Assembly: GCA_013239625.1 (NCBI GenBank)
Contig: MU054338.1
Span: forward strand, 5,618,724 to 5,682,723
Direction: 5' to 3'
DNA: 64,000 nt
From: Lama guanicoe
Lineage: Eukaryota
Position numbers and translations under genes: made by a program. Positions 1-12,300 of the stretch are shown here, piece after piece. Numbering within the stretch: position 1 is the first letter of the stretch; every line of letters begins with the position of its first letter. The notes under the pieces were generated by a model, which was not told where the DNA came from, searched no databases, and saw nothing but the letters and a program-made list of their open reading frames with translations.

Positions 1-257
1 AGGTCCTCCTGCCTTACAACCAGCATCATTATGGAAACTGGCAGCGGGATGCCTGTTGCTTCCCATCCAGAACTTGAACAGCAAAATTTTGCACCCAGAT
101 TGGGGGCGGGGAGGTGCATCACCCCAAGGGGAGATGATTACCCAGACTTGACTAGGGAGGACCGTGGTTCTGAATCTGGGAGAACCCTGATCTCGCCTTA
201 GGGAGCATATCACCCCGGGGCTTGTCACGCCGACCCCGCACCCCGACCGGCACTCAC

Positions 258-387
258 TCTGGTGGGCAAGGCTCCGTGTTGCAGGCACGCTGCCTCCTGG
301 GCAGCTTGCTGTGGGCACTGCAGTGGTGGGGGGCCACGGCTGAGCTGTCCAGCTGACTGCGGCACTCCACGGCCTGCACCTGGCTGC
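258..387 (-). CDS. ADAMTS10: ADAMTS10 coding exon 20 (TSP1-2)
   Basis: [42 protein letters not shown]; 130 nt; |GTGAGT. Confidence 0.96.
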
Positions 388-3300
388 CTGGGGGCGGGCG
401 AGAGGCCCGCTCAGCCCTGCCTGGCCCAGAAGGTCAGCCCGACGACCAGTGCCTGTCCCCCCGCCATCCCATGCTAGCCTCACCGCCTGCACACTGGGCT
501 GAGCACTTCGTCCAGGGCACGTAGTGCCAGGAGTAGGGGGGCAGGGCATCTCGGGCAATGGGCGCGTTGAAACGGTAGCGGAGGGCAGGCAGCTCTGTTC
601 GGGCCAACACCTGGAGTAGAGGGCGGGCATCAAATGGAAGTCAAGCTTGAGTCCCCACGAGGATGCTAATATCCTTCTGCACCTTGTTCCCAGCCCTGCT
701 GTTACCATGATGATGAGAGATGTGTTAATGGGTCCCAGGGCTTCGAGGCTCTGTGTCTGATCTGGCCCTTGTCGCAGCTGAAAGGTGGTCCCAGCCAGAG
801 GCAGGCGGTGGGGCTGGGGGGTGCCAGGCAGCCCCTCCAGCAGCAGGGACTCCTGGTCCCCCTTCAGGGCTGGGGGACAGCACAGGGGTCAGAACCGCAG
901 CTACACTGACCCCCCTGCCAACTCACAGTCCTCACCCTCCCACTTCTGGCTCACCCACGTGACTGACGGAGAGGTTCAGGTCCTGGATGAAAATGTGGAC
1001 AGAGCCTTTGGGGATCCAGACGACTTCCTCGTATCCTGGACAGCAGAGCTCAGATGTCACCCACTCCGTCTGTCCCCTGCACCTGCCTGCCTCCCTTATT
1101 CCTGGTCCCTGATGATAGCAGCTAACCATTTCTATGCTAAGCACTTACAGGGACAGCCCCCTGCATCCCGAGCTCTGGAGCTGTGAGGTACATGTGTCAG
1201 TGTGCCCATTTTACTGATGACAAAATGGAGGCTCTGAGAGGCAAAGAAATTTACCTAGCTTTTATGGCTAGGAAGTAGCCAGGCTGGGATTTGAATCCAA
1301 ATTTTTGTACCTCTCTAACCACCAGAATGGTCTAATCCACCCCCTACGCCCCCAACCAGCAGCTGGGCTGGGCTTGGGCAGAGAAAGGGGTACCATGGGG
1401 CGCTGATATGGGTGTGGTGGTTTAGCAGTCTGAGTCAAGGATGCAGGAGGTTCTATCACTTACTACCTGTATGATCTTGGGCCCCTGTGAACTCTCTATC
1501 CCTTTCCACCTGTGCCCCCCACGACTACTGGTTTATCTGTCTGGACCCCCACACTGTCCCCTGAACTCCACACTTGGCCCCTAGTGTGTCCCCTAAGGTG
1601 GGCTTGGTCCCCTAAGCCCACCTTCCCAGCCACCACTCCCTAGGGTCTCTTGCCTAAAGCCCAAGGCTGGGAAGCACTCAAATTCACCACACCCTGTAGA
1701 TACACTCGCCCCTAGTAAGCTTTGGCTTGAGCATAGACCCTCAGCCCCCTCGGAGAGTGATCCCCCGCCCCTCTACCTGCAAGACCCAGCATGAGGCCCT
1801 CAGGATGGGGGAGGGGAGAGATTTAGGCCCCCACCTCCTTGGACACATTGATCACCAAGGTTCAGGCACCAGAGCCCAAGCCAGTTCCTGACCCTGACCT
1901 GGGGCATTGCTGTACCCCGAGGACCATTTGGGGTCCCTCAACCCTCCCAGGCCCCTTGGCTACTTGGGGTGAGCCTGGCTTTCGGCCACTAAATGTGGAG
2001 TCTGAGAGGGAAGCAGGAATCTCTCACCAGCCCCAAGCAAGGCTGAGCTGAAGACCCCCTCGATGGTTTCACAGGCGCTGCCGTCACCCCCGCACACTCG
2101 GCACTTGTCCTCCCGGAGATCAGAGCCCAGGACGCGGTCACAGCCCACGTGCTGGGGAGGACAGTGGGGGGGAGTTGTCAGGGAACCTCCCACTCCCTCC
2201 GCCCCCACCCCCGGGAGTCCCTCCCACCTTGCACTCGCCGCTGACACAAATGTCCACTGTGTCTGGGCGGCAGGGCGTTCCGTCCACTACAGCCGCCGCC
2301 CTCTCCGTGTAGAAGTTGAAGCCTTCGGCTAGGCACGTGAGCGAGCAGGCCTTCACGCCCCCTGGGGGGGCACGGCCCCATCAGATCCCATGCCGTAATC
2401 CTGCGACTCCCTGGTGGTTCCCTGGGGGAGGTGAGGCCAAGAGGGCCAGACCCCAGACCCAACAAGGAGGGGCAGGTTGTGCAGAGAGAGTAGGGGAGCC
2501 CCAAGCGTTCAGTCCAGGCTCTGCTGAGGCTTATCCAGGGCACTCTGGCTCCTTGGGTGAGGCAAGGGCTCAGGACAGACCCCGTGATGCTGTCTCCACC
2601 TGCTGCCACCCTCCACTGCCTCAAGGCCTTGGGAGTGCCCCACACACCTCCTCGGTACGTCTTCCAAGTGTAGAATTTCCCACGGAAGGGAACGCTGTCA
2701 AATTCAGAGCACTGCATTTCCCTGAAGTCCTGGGAGCCTGGGGGACAGTCCTGGGGACAGAGGGAGGGAGGCCAGGTGTTGGGGGAATGAAGTTAGGGCA
2801 GATGCCTGGGATTGGAGAACTAATGCTCAGAGCAGGGATGGGTTGGAAGGAGTGAGGCTGGAGGCAGGGAGGCCAGGGAGGAGGCTGGAGAAACAGGTGC
2901 ATCTGAGATGGGATTAGGTGACTCATTAGTTTGTGGGCAAGCTGAGGATGACACCTGGGTTTCAGATTTCAGACCGAGGGACCTTTCTTGAGAGCTGGCC
3001 CAGAAAAGAGCAAAGCAAGCTCTTCTCTAGTGTGAAGGCATATGGAAGGGGGTTTGGACAGGAGACCATGGTCCTTGGTCAGAAAGGAGCTCAGGAGGAA
3101 AACATGGACACTGGATTTGGTGACGGGGGCTCGGCCACAGTTTTGGGGCAGGGGCGGGGCTTTGGGCGGAAGTCGGGCTGCGGAGGGAGGGGCGCGCTGT
3201 AGCCCGAGGGGGTTGAGGGCCAAGCAACTATTTCTAGGTGGGAGACGCATCTACTGCAAGAGTTTGAAGACTTTTAAGGAGCCAGGGCCCAGGGCAGGTG

Positions 3301-6300
3301 CAGGGAGGGCAGGGAAAGGAGGGCCCCGTGGCGGCTGTAAGTCGCCGGGGAGACGGTAGCCGGCCGGCGGCGGATCGTTGGAAGCTGATCTATGCCTTTA
3401 ATTTCCCCGTGTAAGAGGGACCGAGGGTCCCCGGCTTGGGGTGCTGGGGGAACTCACGTCGGTGTTGCAGGAGCGGTGCCGCCGTCTCTCGCCCAGGCAG
3501 TACTTGCCCCCGATCGTCGGCCTGAAAGTGGGGAAGGGGGACAGGAAAGAAATGGGGTAGGGGGCGGGGACCATTCCCACTCTCCTGCCATGTGGCGCCG
3601 GAGGGCTGACCTGGGGCTGTCGCAGTGACGGCTGGAGGAGGACACGCCGCCGCCGCACGTCCGGCTGCAGTCGCCCCACGGAGTCCACGGGCCCCAGGCC
3701 CCGTCCACGCCCTCCGGCCGCGATCCGAAGGGGACGCAGACACGCTTGTAGCACCACTGCGGATGGGGTTGGGAGGGGTGAATGGGCTCTGCAAACTCGC
3801 GGGCTTGGCGCTCATTCCTACCCCCTCCCCAGCCCCCCAGCCGAAGGTCTCAGCCCCCCTGGGGTGAGATGGAAGGAGGAGGACAAAGGTGGGGTCTGAA
3901 GACCAGGATACAGTCAGGTAATATGAGGGCGTGGCTTGGGAGCGAGGGGCTGGTTAAGGAAGGGGCGTGGCCTAAACATTGGGTCCAGAACGGGGCGAAG
4001 CTAACATTGGGACAAGCGTGCGGGGCGTGGCCTCAGGCCAGGGGTGGGACCTGCGGGCAGTGGGCGTGGCCAGAGCCGATGGGGGGGCCCGGCGGCAGGT
4101 GGTGTAGAGGCCCTTGGCCGGCGCTCACCCCCTTGTCGATGGTGTGTGTCTGGCACAGCGTGCCTTCCGCGGCCGGGATGCTGTTGGTGATGCACCGGTT
4201 GCTCTTGCTCAGACACCACAACTCGCTGCAGACCTCCTGCGGGCCAAGGCGCCCGCTCAGGCTCGCCCCCTCCCTCTTTCCTTGGGAGGACCCCGGTGAC
4301 CCGCTCACTGCCTGCTGACAGTGCGGCCCCAGCGTTCCTTTCCTGGGTCTCAACAAGTCTTTTCGGACCCCCCTGTGGGGCATGGGCTGGGACCTCTTCT
4401 GTTTATAAGCCGCATTTGTCAAACACCCAGGAGTGCCACAAACTCCCACAGGTACTATTATTGTGAGAAAACTAAGGCTCAGATAGGCGAGGTCACTTGC
4501 TAGAGATGATACAGCTACTAAGGGGGTAGTCTGAATTCTAACCCAGAACTTTAATTGCGGGGTCGGTCTATGATCTAATTAATCCCTCCACAATTTAGCC
4601 CCTGGCACCTCCTGAATTTCCAGATGGAACCTTAGGACTTGCCAAGGAGTGAAGAGGAAGGATTCTGGCTTCCCTTTCTAGAATGGACAAAGCGGTCCAT
4701 GGAAGAGCAGTGGTTCTGAAAAATCAGGCCAGGATGATGGTTCAAGGGCCGCATCCTTAATTAACACCCCTCCCCCCCAGCTGGTAATTCTCATCCCCTC
4801 GCCTCCCCCCAAACTGGGGAAGTTACCAAAGCTTTTAATCTATGGAGGGTTGAGAGGGGATAAGGCCAGGCTGGGTCTGTGTGGGACAGTCCTCTACTCC
4901 TCCCAGTGAAAAATCAGCCCATCTTCTTCCTGTCTGAATTCTGCTTGGGATGGCCCAGTCCCAGGGAGTCACTCTGACCCTTTAGGTCCAGGTTAATATC
5001 CCTGGACAAACCCCAGTGGGTTCAGGTGTGGCCATATCCGACCCTCTAGCCTACACCCTGCCCTACCTCCCAGAGTATTTCCTCTGAGAAGTGGAGATCC
5101 TCCTGTCCCCTTTCTATAATCACATGTAATCTCTTCTTTGAACCTGATCCTTCCAAGCTTTTAAGATTTGGGATTGGACCAATCAACTGCTGTAGGAAGG
5201 GACCTTACCTGTGTCAGTCTCTGAGAGACACTTGCACACACATGAGAAGTTTGGAGGGTTGTCCTCAAACCTGCTCCCTCCAACATCCTCCAGAGTCCCT
5301 GCCTTCTGCCCCTTCAGAGGATGCTTCTCAGCTAAAAACTCAGCCTGGTTTCCTGGCTTCGCTTGGCTTGTGTCCACCTGGCCATTTGTAAAAATATCAC
5401 TGGCCTGATCCCACTTCTGACACCTCTTAAAGAGAACTGCTTATTCCAGCCCTGCTTTCCCTCCTCTCCACATGGCGCCATGGTATGTATGGATGGGTCC
5501 TGGGCCACTCTCGGGAGACTTCAATTCCACCACTGAGTTGCAACACACTTCCTCTCTCCGGGCCTGTTACCTCTTCTACAAGATAGGCCTTGCCTACATA
5601 TGGCTGAGAGGCATGTGACAGACTAGATACGCAAGGGCTTGCATAAATGCCCTGTTAATGAGTAATAATGACCACAACTATCCCTGGACCAGACAAAAGG
5701 CCCAGCTCTTTATACAGATTAAGCAATTTACATGTAGCCAATAATCTCTCCCTTTGCCAGGAGGGCCAGGAAGATGTTCCTTAGAAAAATAAAAGAAGAA
5801 TCAATTCAACATACAGCCAGCACTGGTCCGTGCCTGATATGCTTGCACTTGCTCCCCTCCCCCACCCCTTTATAAAATCTGTAGTCATAGAGAAACTGGA
5901 TTCAAATCCCAGCTCTGCCTGTACTCTCAAATTGTGACTTTGCGCAAGGCATCCCCTCTATGCCTCGGTTCCTTCACCTGTAATGTGGGGAGGATAGGAT
6001 TGTCAGGAGTTTAAATGAGATGATACATATCACACGCTTGGCATATAGTGAGTGGTCAATAAATGTCAACCGTTGTTGTTAGGATACCCGGGACACAGCA
6101 GATGCTCAAGAGTAGTTTCTGAATTCATTAGAGGATGCTGCAGTTACCAGCCAAGTTTGGGGTGGGGTGGGGTGGCGAGAATGGATTAAATATAAATTGA
6201 TCCAGGGTCTGTCTCCTTGTCTTGCACTGAAATAAAGGGAGGACATTCTAACAGCTGCCTGCTCCTTGTTTCCAGTTAATATGGCCTTAGCTTGGACACA

Positions 6301-9300
6301 GTCATTCAAACTGATCTTTTGGGTCTCGAGGGCATGGAGGACTGGGGCTGGGGCTGGGCTTCTAGGGCTCAGGCTGTGAGGAGTTGGGGAGTGTGTTCAG
6401 GGAACTGGGGCAGGTGGGCAGTGGAGGAGCCTGAAGAGGGAAGCTAGCAATCTCCAGCTCCTCCCAGGAGTGAGGCCTTCCACTGCAGCTCACTTTTTAG
6501 GCATGGATACGTGGATGGGACTTTGGGAGCTGAGTCTAAACCTCAGGAAAGAGCGGGGAGTGGTCAGGAGGCTCAGAGCGTGTTCAGCCAAGGACTGGGG
6601 CCAAGAGATCTTGTGAACCAGTCGGTGGGGGATGTAGGGAATGAAGACAGGGTGTCCCTGGAAGGCTCTGTCCACTTCTTTGCCAAGTGGGAAAGATGGT
6701 TCATCCCTAGGGAAACTATTTCCACCAAGTCTGGATGTTTGGTTAAAAATGGACCAGTTTGAGATCCTGGGACTTTAGTCCTGCTGCAGCAGAAGGTGGA
6801 CCCCCCAGGGTCTCCACAGCTCAGCTCCCCAAACAGGGGTCTGGAGGACCAGAAGATCCCATTCTTACTCCCATAATTGTGATTGCGTGTGACATTGGCA
6901 TGACCCTATTCGCCTCTGTCCCTCCCATCCCCCACCAGGGCTCACTCCCCTCCCAGCTCGCCCACTGCCTGTGTGTGGGGGTTCCCACATGGAGTTTCCC
7001 AACCCCTGTGCCCCCACCAACCCTGGTGGCGGCAGCCCCCTCCCCTCCCAGGAAGGAAAGCAGGAAGGCTCTCTCTACCCCGTATTTACACTGACGCGAT
7101 TTGACTCCATGCTGGAAGCGGCACTGTTCGTCTGCGTCGTAGGCCTGGCCAGGGGCCACCGTTGGGTACACGAAGTCCTGTCTGGGGGGCCGATTGTTCA
7201 GGCAGAGCCCCAGGCCTGAGCTGTGGTGAGATGAAGGCAGCTGTCATGCTGCAAGGATATGGGGCACTGCAGGCCAAGAGCTCAGGGATCCTGGCTGGGT
7301 GGGGGTCCCAGGGAGCAGCCCTGTGAGTGACATGACCCCGATTTCCGGTGACCACCCAACCCCTGCAACCCCCTGCCCTGCAACAGGAGCGTGAGCCTCT
7401 GGGCGGGACGGGTGGGTATGTCCTCACTCCAGAAAACTGGTGATGTAGTCACGGCTGCAAGAGGACCACACAAATGGGTTGGTCTTCATGGTGATGTGCG
7501 CAGCCATGAGCTTCGCCGGGTCCTGGCCACGGGCCCCGCAGCTGTTCCCCACGCCATCATGGTTCATGCCAAACCTGGGGAGAGGAGTGTCAGCTCTGCT
7601 GGGTGCCAAGGGACCTGTCTAGTTCCTCCCGCCCGCCCCTCTCTGTGCCCTAGCCTCACGTGTGTCCGATCTCGTGGGCGATGGTGAACGCCGTGGCCAG
7701 GCCGATGTCCTCGTTGATGCTGCAACTTCGCTCTCGCTCGCACATCCCGCCCACGGGGGCCAGGCCTGGGAAACGGGCATGTGGGGTGGGGCTGGGGGCT
7801 CAGGGCTGTGTCTGTTGGCCCGGTCAGCTCTGCCAGGTCCCAGTCCCCACCCCCACCAGGGCCAGTGTCACCCAGCCCACTGCCTCCACAGGTGCCTGAA
7901 ACCTAGGGGGCCCAGGTACCTAGTGTGCCGCAGGGTTTGTTCTTGTAGATGCAGATGTCATAGCTGTGGAAGGAGAGGGGGGCCGTGAGGGGGGCGGGCT
8001 GCTTCAGACCTGCTAATGCCACCCTGCCCGTCTCTGGGGGTTGAGTTCTGTCTGGGAGGTGCTACCAGCCTCTGACCCGAAGCGTCACGCTTTTCCCCCA
8101 GCTGGCCTTGGGGAGGCTGGGGTGCATGGGTGATCGACCGAATGAATGACAGAGTGAGTGAAGGACACATCAGGGCCTAAACGGCCCAACACCCACCTCC
8201 CCACCTTCTCAGGCTCCAAGAGGCCCCTCCCCATCCCTGGATCCCCAAGGGAGCAGCTGAACGGTCCCAGCCTCTTCCATCTCCCAGCAGAAGTGACCCC
8301 TGCTTGGACCTGGACCACTGGTCCCCTGGCCCAAGTCCTCCTGGAGCTGTCCCCTCCCCTCACCGCGTGATGAGCACCGCTGTGTCATGGTTGGCCACGC
8401 CGTTTTCAGGAATGGCGTTGCCATGGCCACTGTGGTTCACGATGGATTTCTGCCACTTACAGAAGCTGTCCAGGGACTTCCCGGCGTGGTGGGTGATCTC
8501 CAGGGTGGGCTGAGAATGGACAGAGTGAGGTATATGGGTGCCGGCCACGTGGGGAGGGGCGGGCGGCACTGGCTGGAGGGGTAGGCGGTGGAGTCCCCGC
8601 ACCTGGTCCTCCGTGAGCAGGATGAGGCGTGTTACCAGGATATTAACGATGTTTCCCAGACTTGAGTCCTGGAAAAGTTTGGCAACCTGACCTCCAAGAA
8701 ACAAGAGAGACCGAGTCTTAAGAGGGGCCCAGAGTAGAAAACAAAAGGTGAACTGGTGACAACAGCTTGCTTCAGTCAAGTGCCTACTGTGTGTCAGTCA
8801 GGCTTCAGGCTAAGCCCATTGCATATGTTGTCACACAAGGAGGTATCATTAGCATGCCCATTTTACAGACGAGTACACTGATGCTCAGACAGGTTAGGAC
8901 ACACAGCTGGTCGGCACCGTAACTGGGATTCAAGTCTGGCTAAGCCTGCCTGCCAGGCTGTTTCTTTCTGACTCAGCCCCGCTCAGGTAGTCTGTCTACT
9001 TGGCCTCCATCCTTCCCTGCCCACCCACTGGCTGTCTCTGTCCAGAGGTGGCCAGAAGGGTGTGCACATCTGGCCTCATTCCATGCTGCCTGAAGGTATC
9101 AATTTGAGCATCACCACTGGAAGCTGGATGTGTACGGGCAGGAAACTCTGCAGACAGTGGTCAGAGGGGAGGAGGAAGTGGCTGAGGGGTGTGGGGTCAC
9201 AGGTGATGCAGGTTACTCTGTGCAATGATCTTGGAGCCCTGAACCATCACTGTTCCGTGAGAAACCCCCAGAAACCCTGGTAGGTTTGAGGAAATTTGGG

Positions 9301-12300
9301 AAGCCCCAGGGACGGCAGCAGAAAGCAGTGGCATCAGATACGACATTATGGCAACCTACTGGGCCATCTGTCTGTGCTGAACTTTTTCTCTTTCCTTTTC
9401 ACTTCAGCAAAACAACAGCATCTCTCATCAAGTCCTTACTAGGTGCCAAGTGTTCTAGCTGGCTTCTTTCCCACCAACTCTTACCGCCTGTGATAGGTAC
9501 TATGACAACCCCCATTTTACAAAGGCAGAAACTGAGGCTCAGAGAGGTCCAGAGTCTTGATGGAGATCTAGGATGGGCATTAACTGAGCGTGGGTCAGTG
9601 AGGTCAGCCTGTACAAATTTATAGAGGCGCTCGAGCGAGTGCCGCACTGCAGACAGATGCACACCCACGTGTGTAGCGCTAACCTTACCAAGTACCCACA
9701 AGTTGTTTCTATCGCGCAAGTAACGATAGGGCACTTACCCTGTGCTAACTGCTGCTTTAAGTGCTTTATCAGTGCACTGCATCCACTTTTGCCTTACGAA
9801 GGAGGTACTACTATTATACCCATTTCACAGACAGGCAAACCAAGGCAAACATGGGGCAGTAACTTGTCCAAGGGCACACAGCTAAAAAGTGGCAGAGCTG
9901 AGATTCCAGGCCAGGCTGGCTAGCTCTAAGGCCCGTGCTCTCAGCCACTGTGCGAGGCTACTTCTCACTTCTTGCCACAAACAGCCCTTCTTTTTCATCC
10001 TGTCCCCTCTCCATTCTGTTTCTCAGGCCTCAGGTTAGACATTGAGGCCGTAGGGGGATGGACACCCCTTTCTCTGACCTCTGGCTTCAGAGGGCTTCTT
10101 GGGGCTCCATGCCCAGGGAGGGGGAGGCACTTACAATGTTCATGATGGCCAGCACGTACTGTTCCACGTCTCGGCGCCCGTGGTAGGCCACCATCATCTT
10201 GTCGGCCACCACCAGGGTCTCCACATAGCGCTCCCGGCTGACCGAGCGCTTCAGGCCGGGCTGGCCACGCTCCGTTTCATTCCCGAGGGGCCGGGCAGGG
10301 GGTGGTTTCAGAGTGCGCAACCACCACGGCCGCCCCTTCCATGGTTTCTCATCTGGATGGACAATTTCTGGTCATTCTGTTTGTTTTACCATCTACCTCC
10401 CTGTCTGATGGGCTGTCTGGCTGTCAAAACCTTGCTATTTTACTTTGAGCTGTCCAATGAATGCCTGGTTCTACTATGATGTGGCTGCGCCACTGCCTAA
10501 CTGGTTGGCTGAACAGCTGCCTAGCATCTGTCCCAATCAGCATGGCTGTACGAGTCCCCACCAATTCCACCACCTGACGCTGTACGTGTAGCAGCCTGCA
10601 TCACTGCTAGAACAGTGTACTTGTAACTCCTTGGCCTTCTCTGTGTTCAACTTTTGACTCAAAGGGCTGCCTGTCTGGCTGCAGAACAATCCAAACCCTA
10701 AGCGTACTCCGGCCTGTCTGTCCCACTGCCCAGCCAACTATGACACCATCCACTTTTCTGTTTGCACAACAGTGTGGTTGTGTGTCTGCCATGGTGTCCT
10801 CCTCCTGGACTCTCAGATGATGCAATGAATTGAATGTGTCAGTGGCTGTGAATTTCCCCTGGACAGAGATCATTCTTCTAGTTGTATGATTACCCCGGTA
10901 AATATTTTGCTGCCTCTTTTTCTTCCTTCCCATCCTCTAACTGTCTGTCATTACAACTGTCCTCCTGCAAGTCTGCTTGTTAATCTGATCTGCCCAATGG
11001 TAGCTAAGTGCTGCTGGTATTTTTGCTGTGTCACTGCTCCAGTATCTACTACCACCGCCCCACTCCGCTGCTTAACTGTCTGATCCGACAGTAATCCTGG
11101 TGATAAGACAGTTTTATACCAGAGCACCTATCTGGCTGTCCAGCTGCCTGTCTCACTCACTGCTGGGCCACTGGACTACGGCAGTGATGGATGGGCTGTT
11201 CCGCTGCCTACGACTCTGCTGACTGTCTGCACTGTTCCATGCACGTAGCTGCCTGCTGGCTGTCCGAATGGAGAGAGGTACTGCCTCCCTTTGCCTCAAG
11301 GCAAAGATACTGTGCGGCCCCTTGGCCCATCCCCAGAAAGACAGACGTACCTCTCACTCCACAGGCTGTGTCCAGGTGGGGGTGACGCAGGGAGGAACGC
11401 TTGTACACCACGTGGGGGCCACTCTCCTCTGGGGCGCGGTGCCCCTTGGGTCCACCTTGCAGGGGCTCGATCAAGTATTCTTCCTCATCTGCCACAATCA
11501 GGCCATGCTGGCGGTTGGGAAGAGGGACAGAGGGCTTGGGTCGGGTTCTGGTTCCCAGGACCCCTGGGTCCCTCTGTCTTTATGATTTCATCCCCCTGTC
11601 TTACTGGGTTTACACTGCAATGCCTTTTTCAATTTCTTGAGATGGATGTTCAGCTCATTAATTTTCAGCCTGCCATAAGGCTATACATTTTCCTCCACCA
11701 ACTATATTAGCTGCATCCTAAAATAGCTAATCCTTTTGATTAGCTATTTTAGCTGCATCCTAAAATAGCTAATCCTTTTGATTAGCTCAAAATGTTCAAA
11801 AATTGTCCACTGTGATTTCTTCTCTGACCTGTATGTTTTTTTTCTTTTTTCTTCTAATTGAAGTATAGTCGATTTACAATGTTGTGTTAGTTTCAGGTGT
11901 ACAACAAAGTGATTCAGTTTTACACACACACACACACACACATATTCATTCTTTTTCAGATTCTTTTCCATTATAGGTTATTATAAGATATTGAATATAG
12001 TTCCCTGTGCTGTACAGTAGGACTTTGTTATTTATCTCTTTTATTTATGGGAGTGCGTATATGTTAATCCCAAGCTCCTAATTTATCCCTACCTTGCCCT
12101 TTCCCTTTTGGTAACCATAGTTTGTTTTCTATGCCTGTGAGTCTATTTCTGTTTTGTAAATAAGCTCATTTGTATCATTAAAAAAATTCCACATATAAGT
12201 GATATTATAATGGTATTTGTCTTTCTTTGGCTGACTTACTTCACTGTAAGTGGTTTTCTTAACTCCTAGACTTGTGGGCATCCCCCCTGCCTCTCAGAAC

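Larger units (their letters stand above)
3120..4330. promoter_or_regulatory. Intragenic CpG island over ADAMTS10 coding exons 11-13 with clustered SP/KLF GC boxes
   Basis: CpG-rich introns; GGGCGTGGC at ~3927, ~3963, ~4023, ~4062; GGGGCGGGGC at 3151. Confidence 0.55.
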
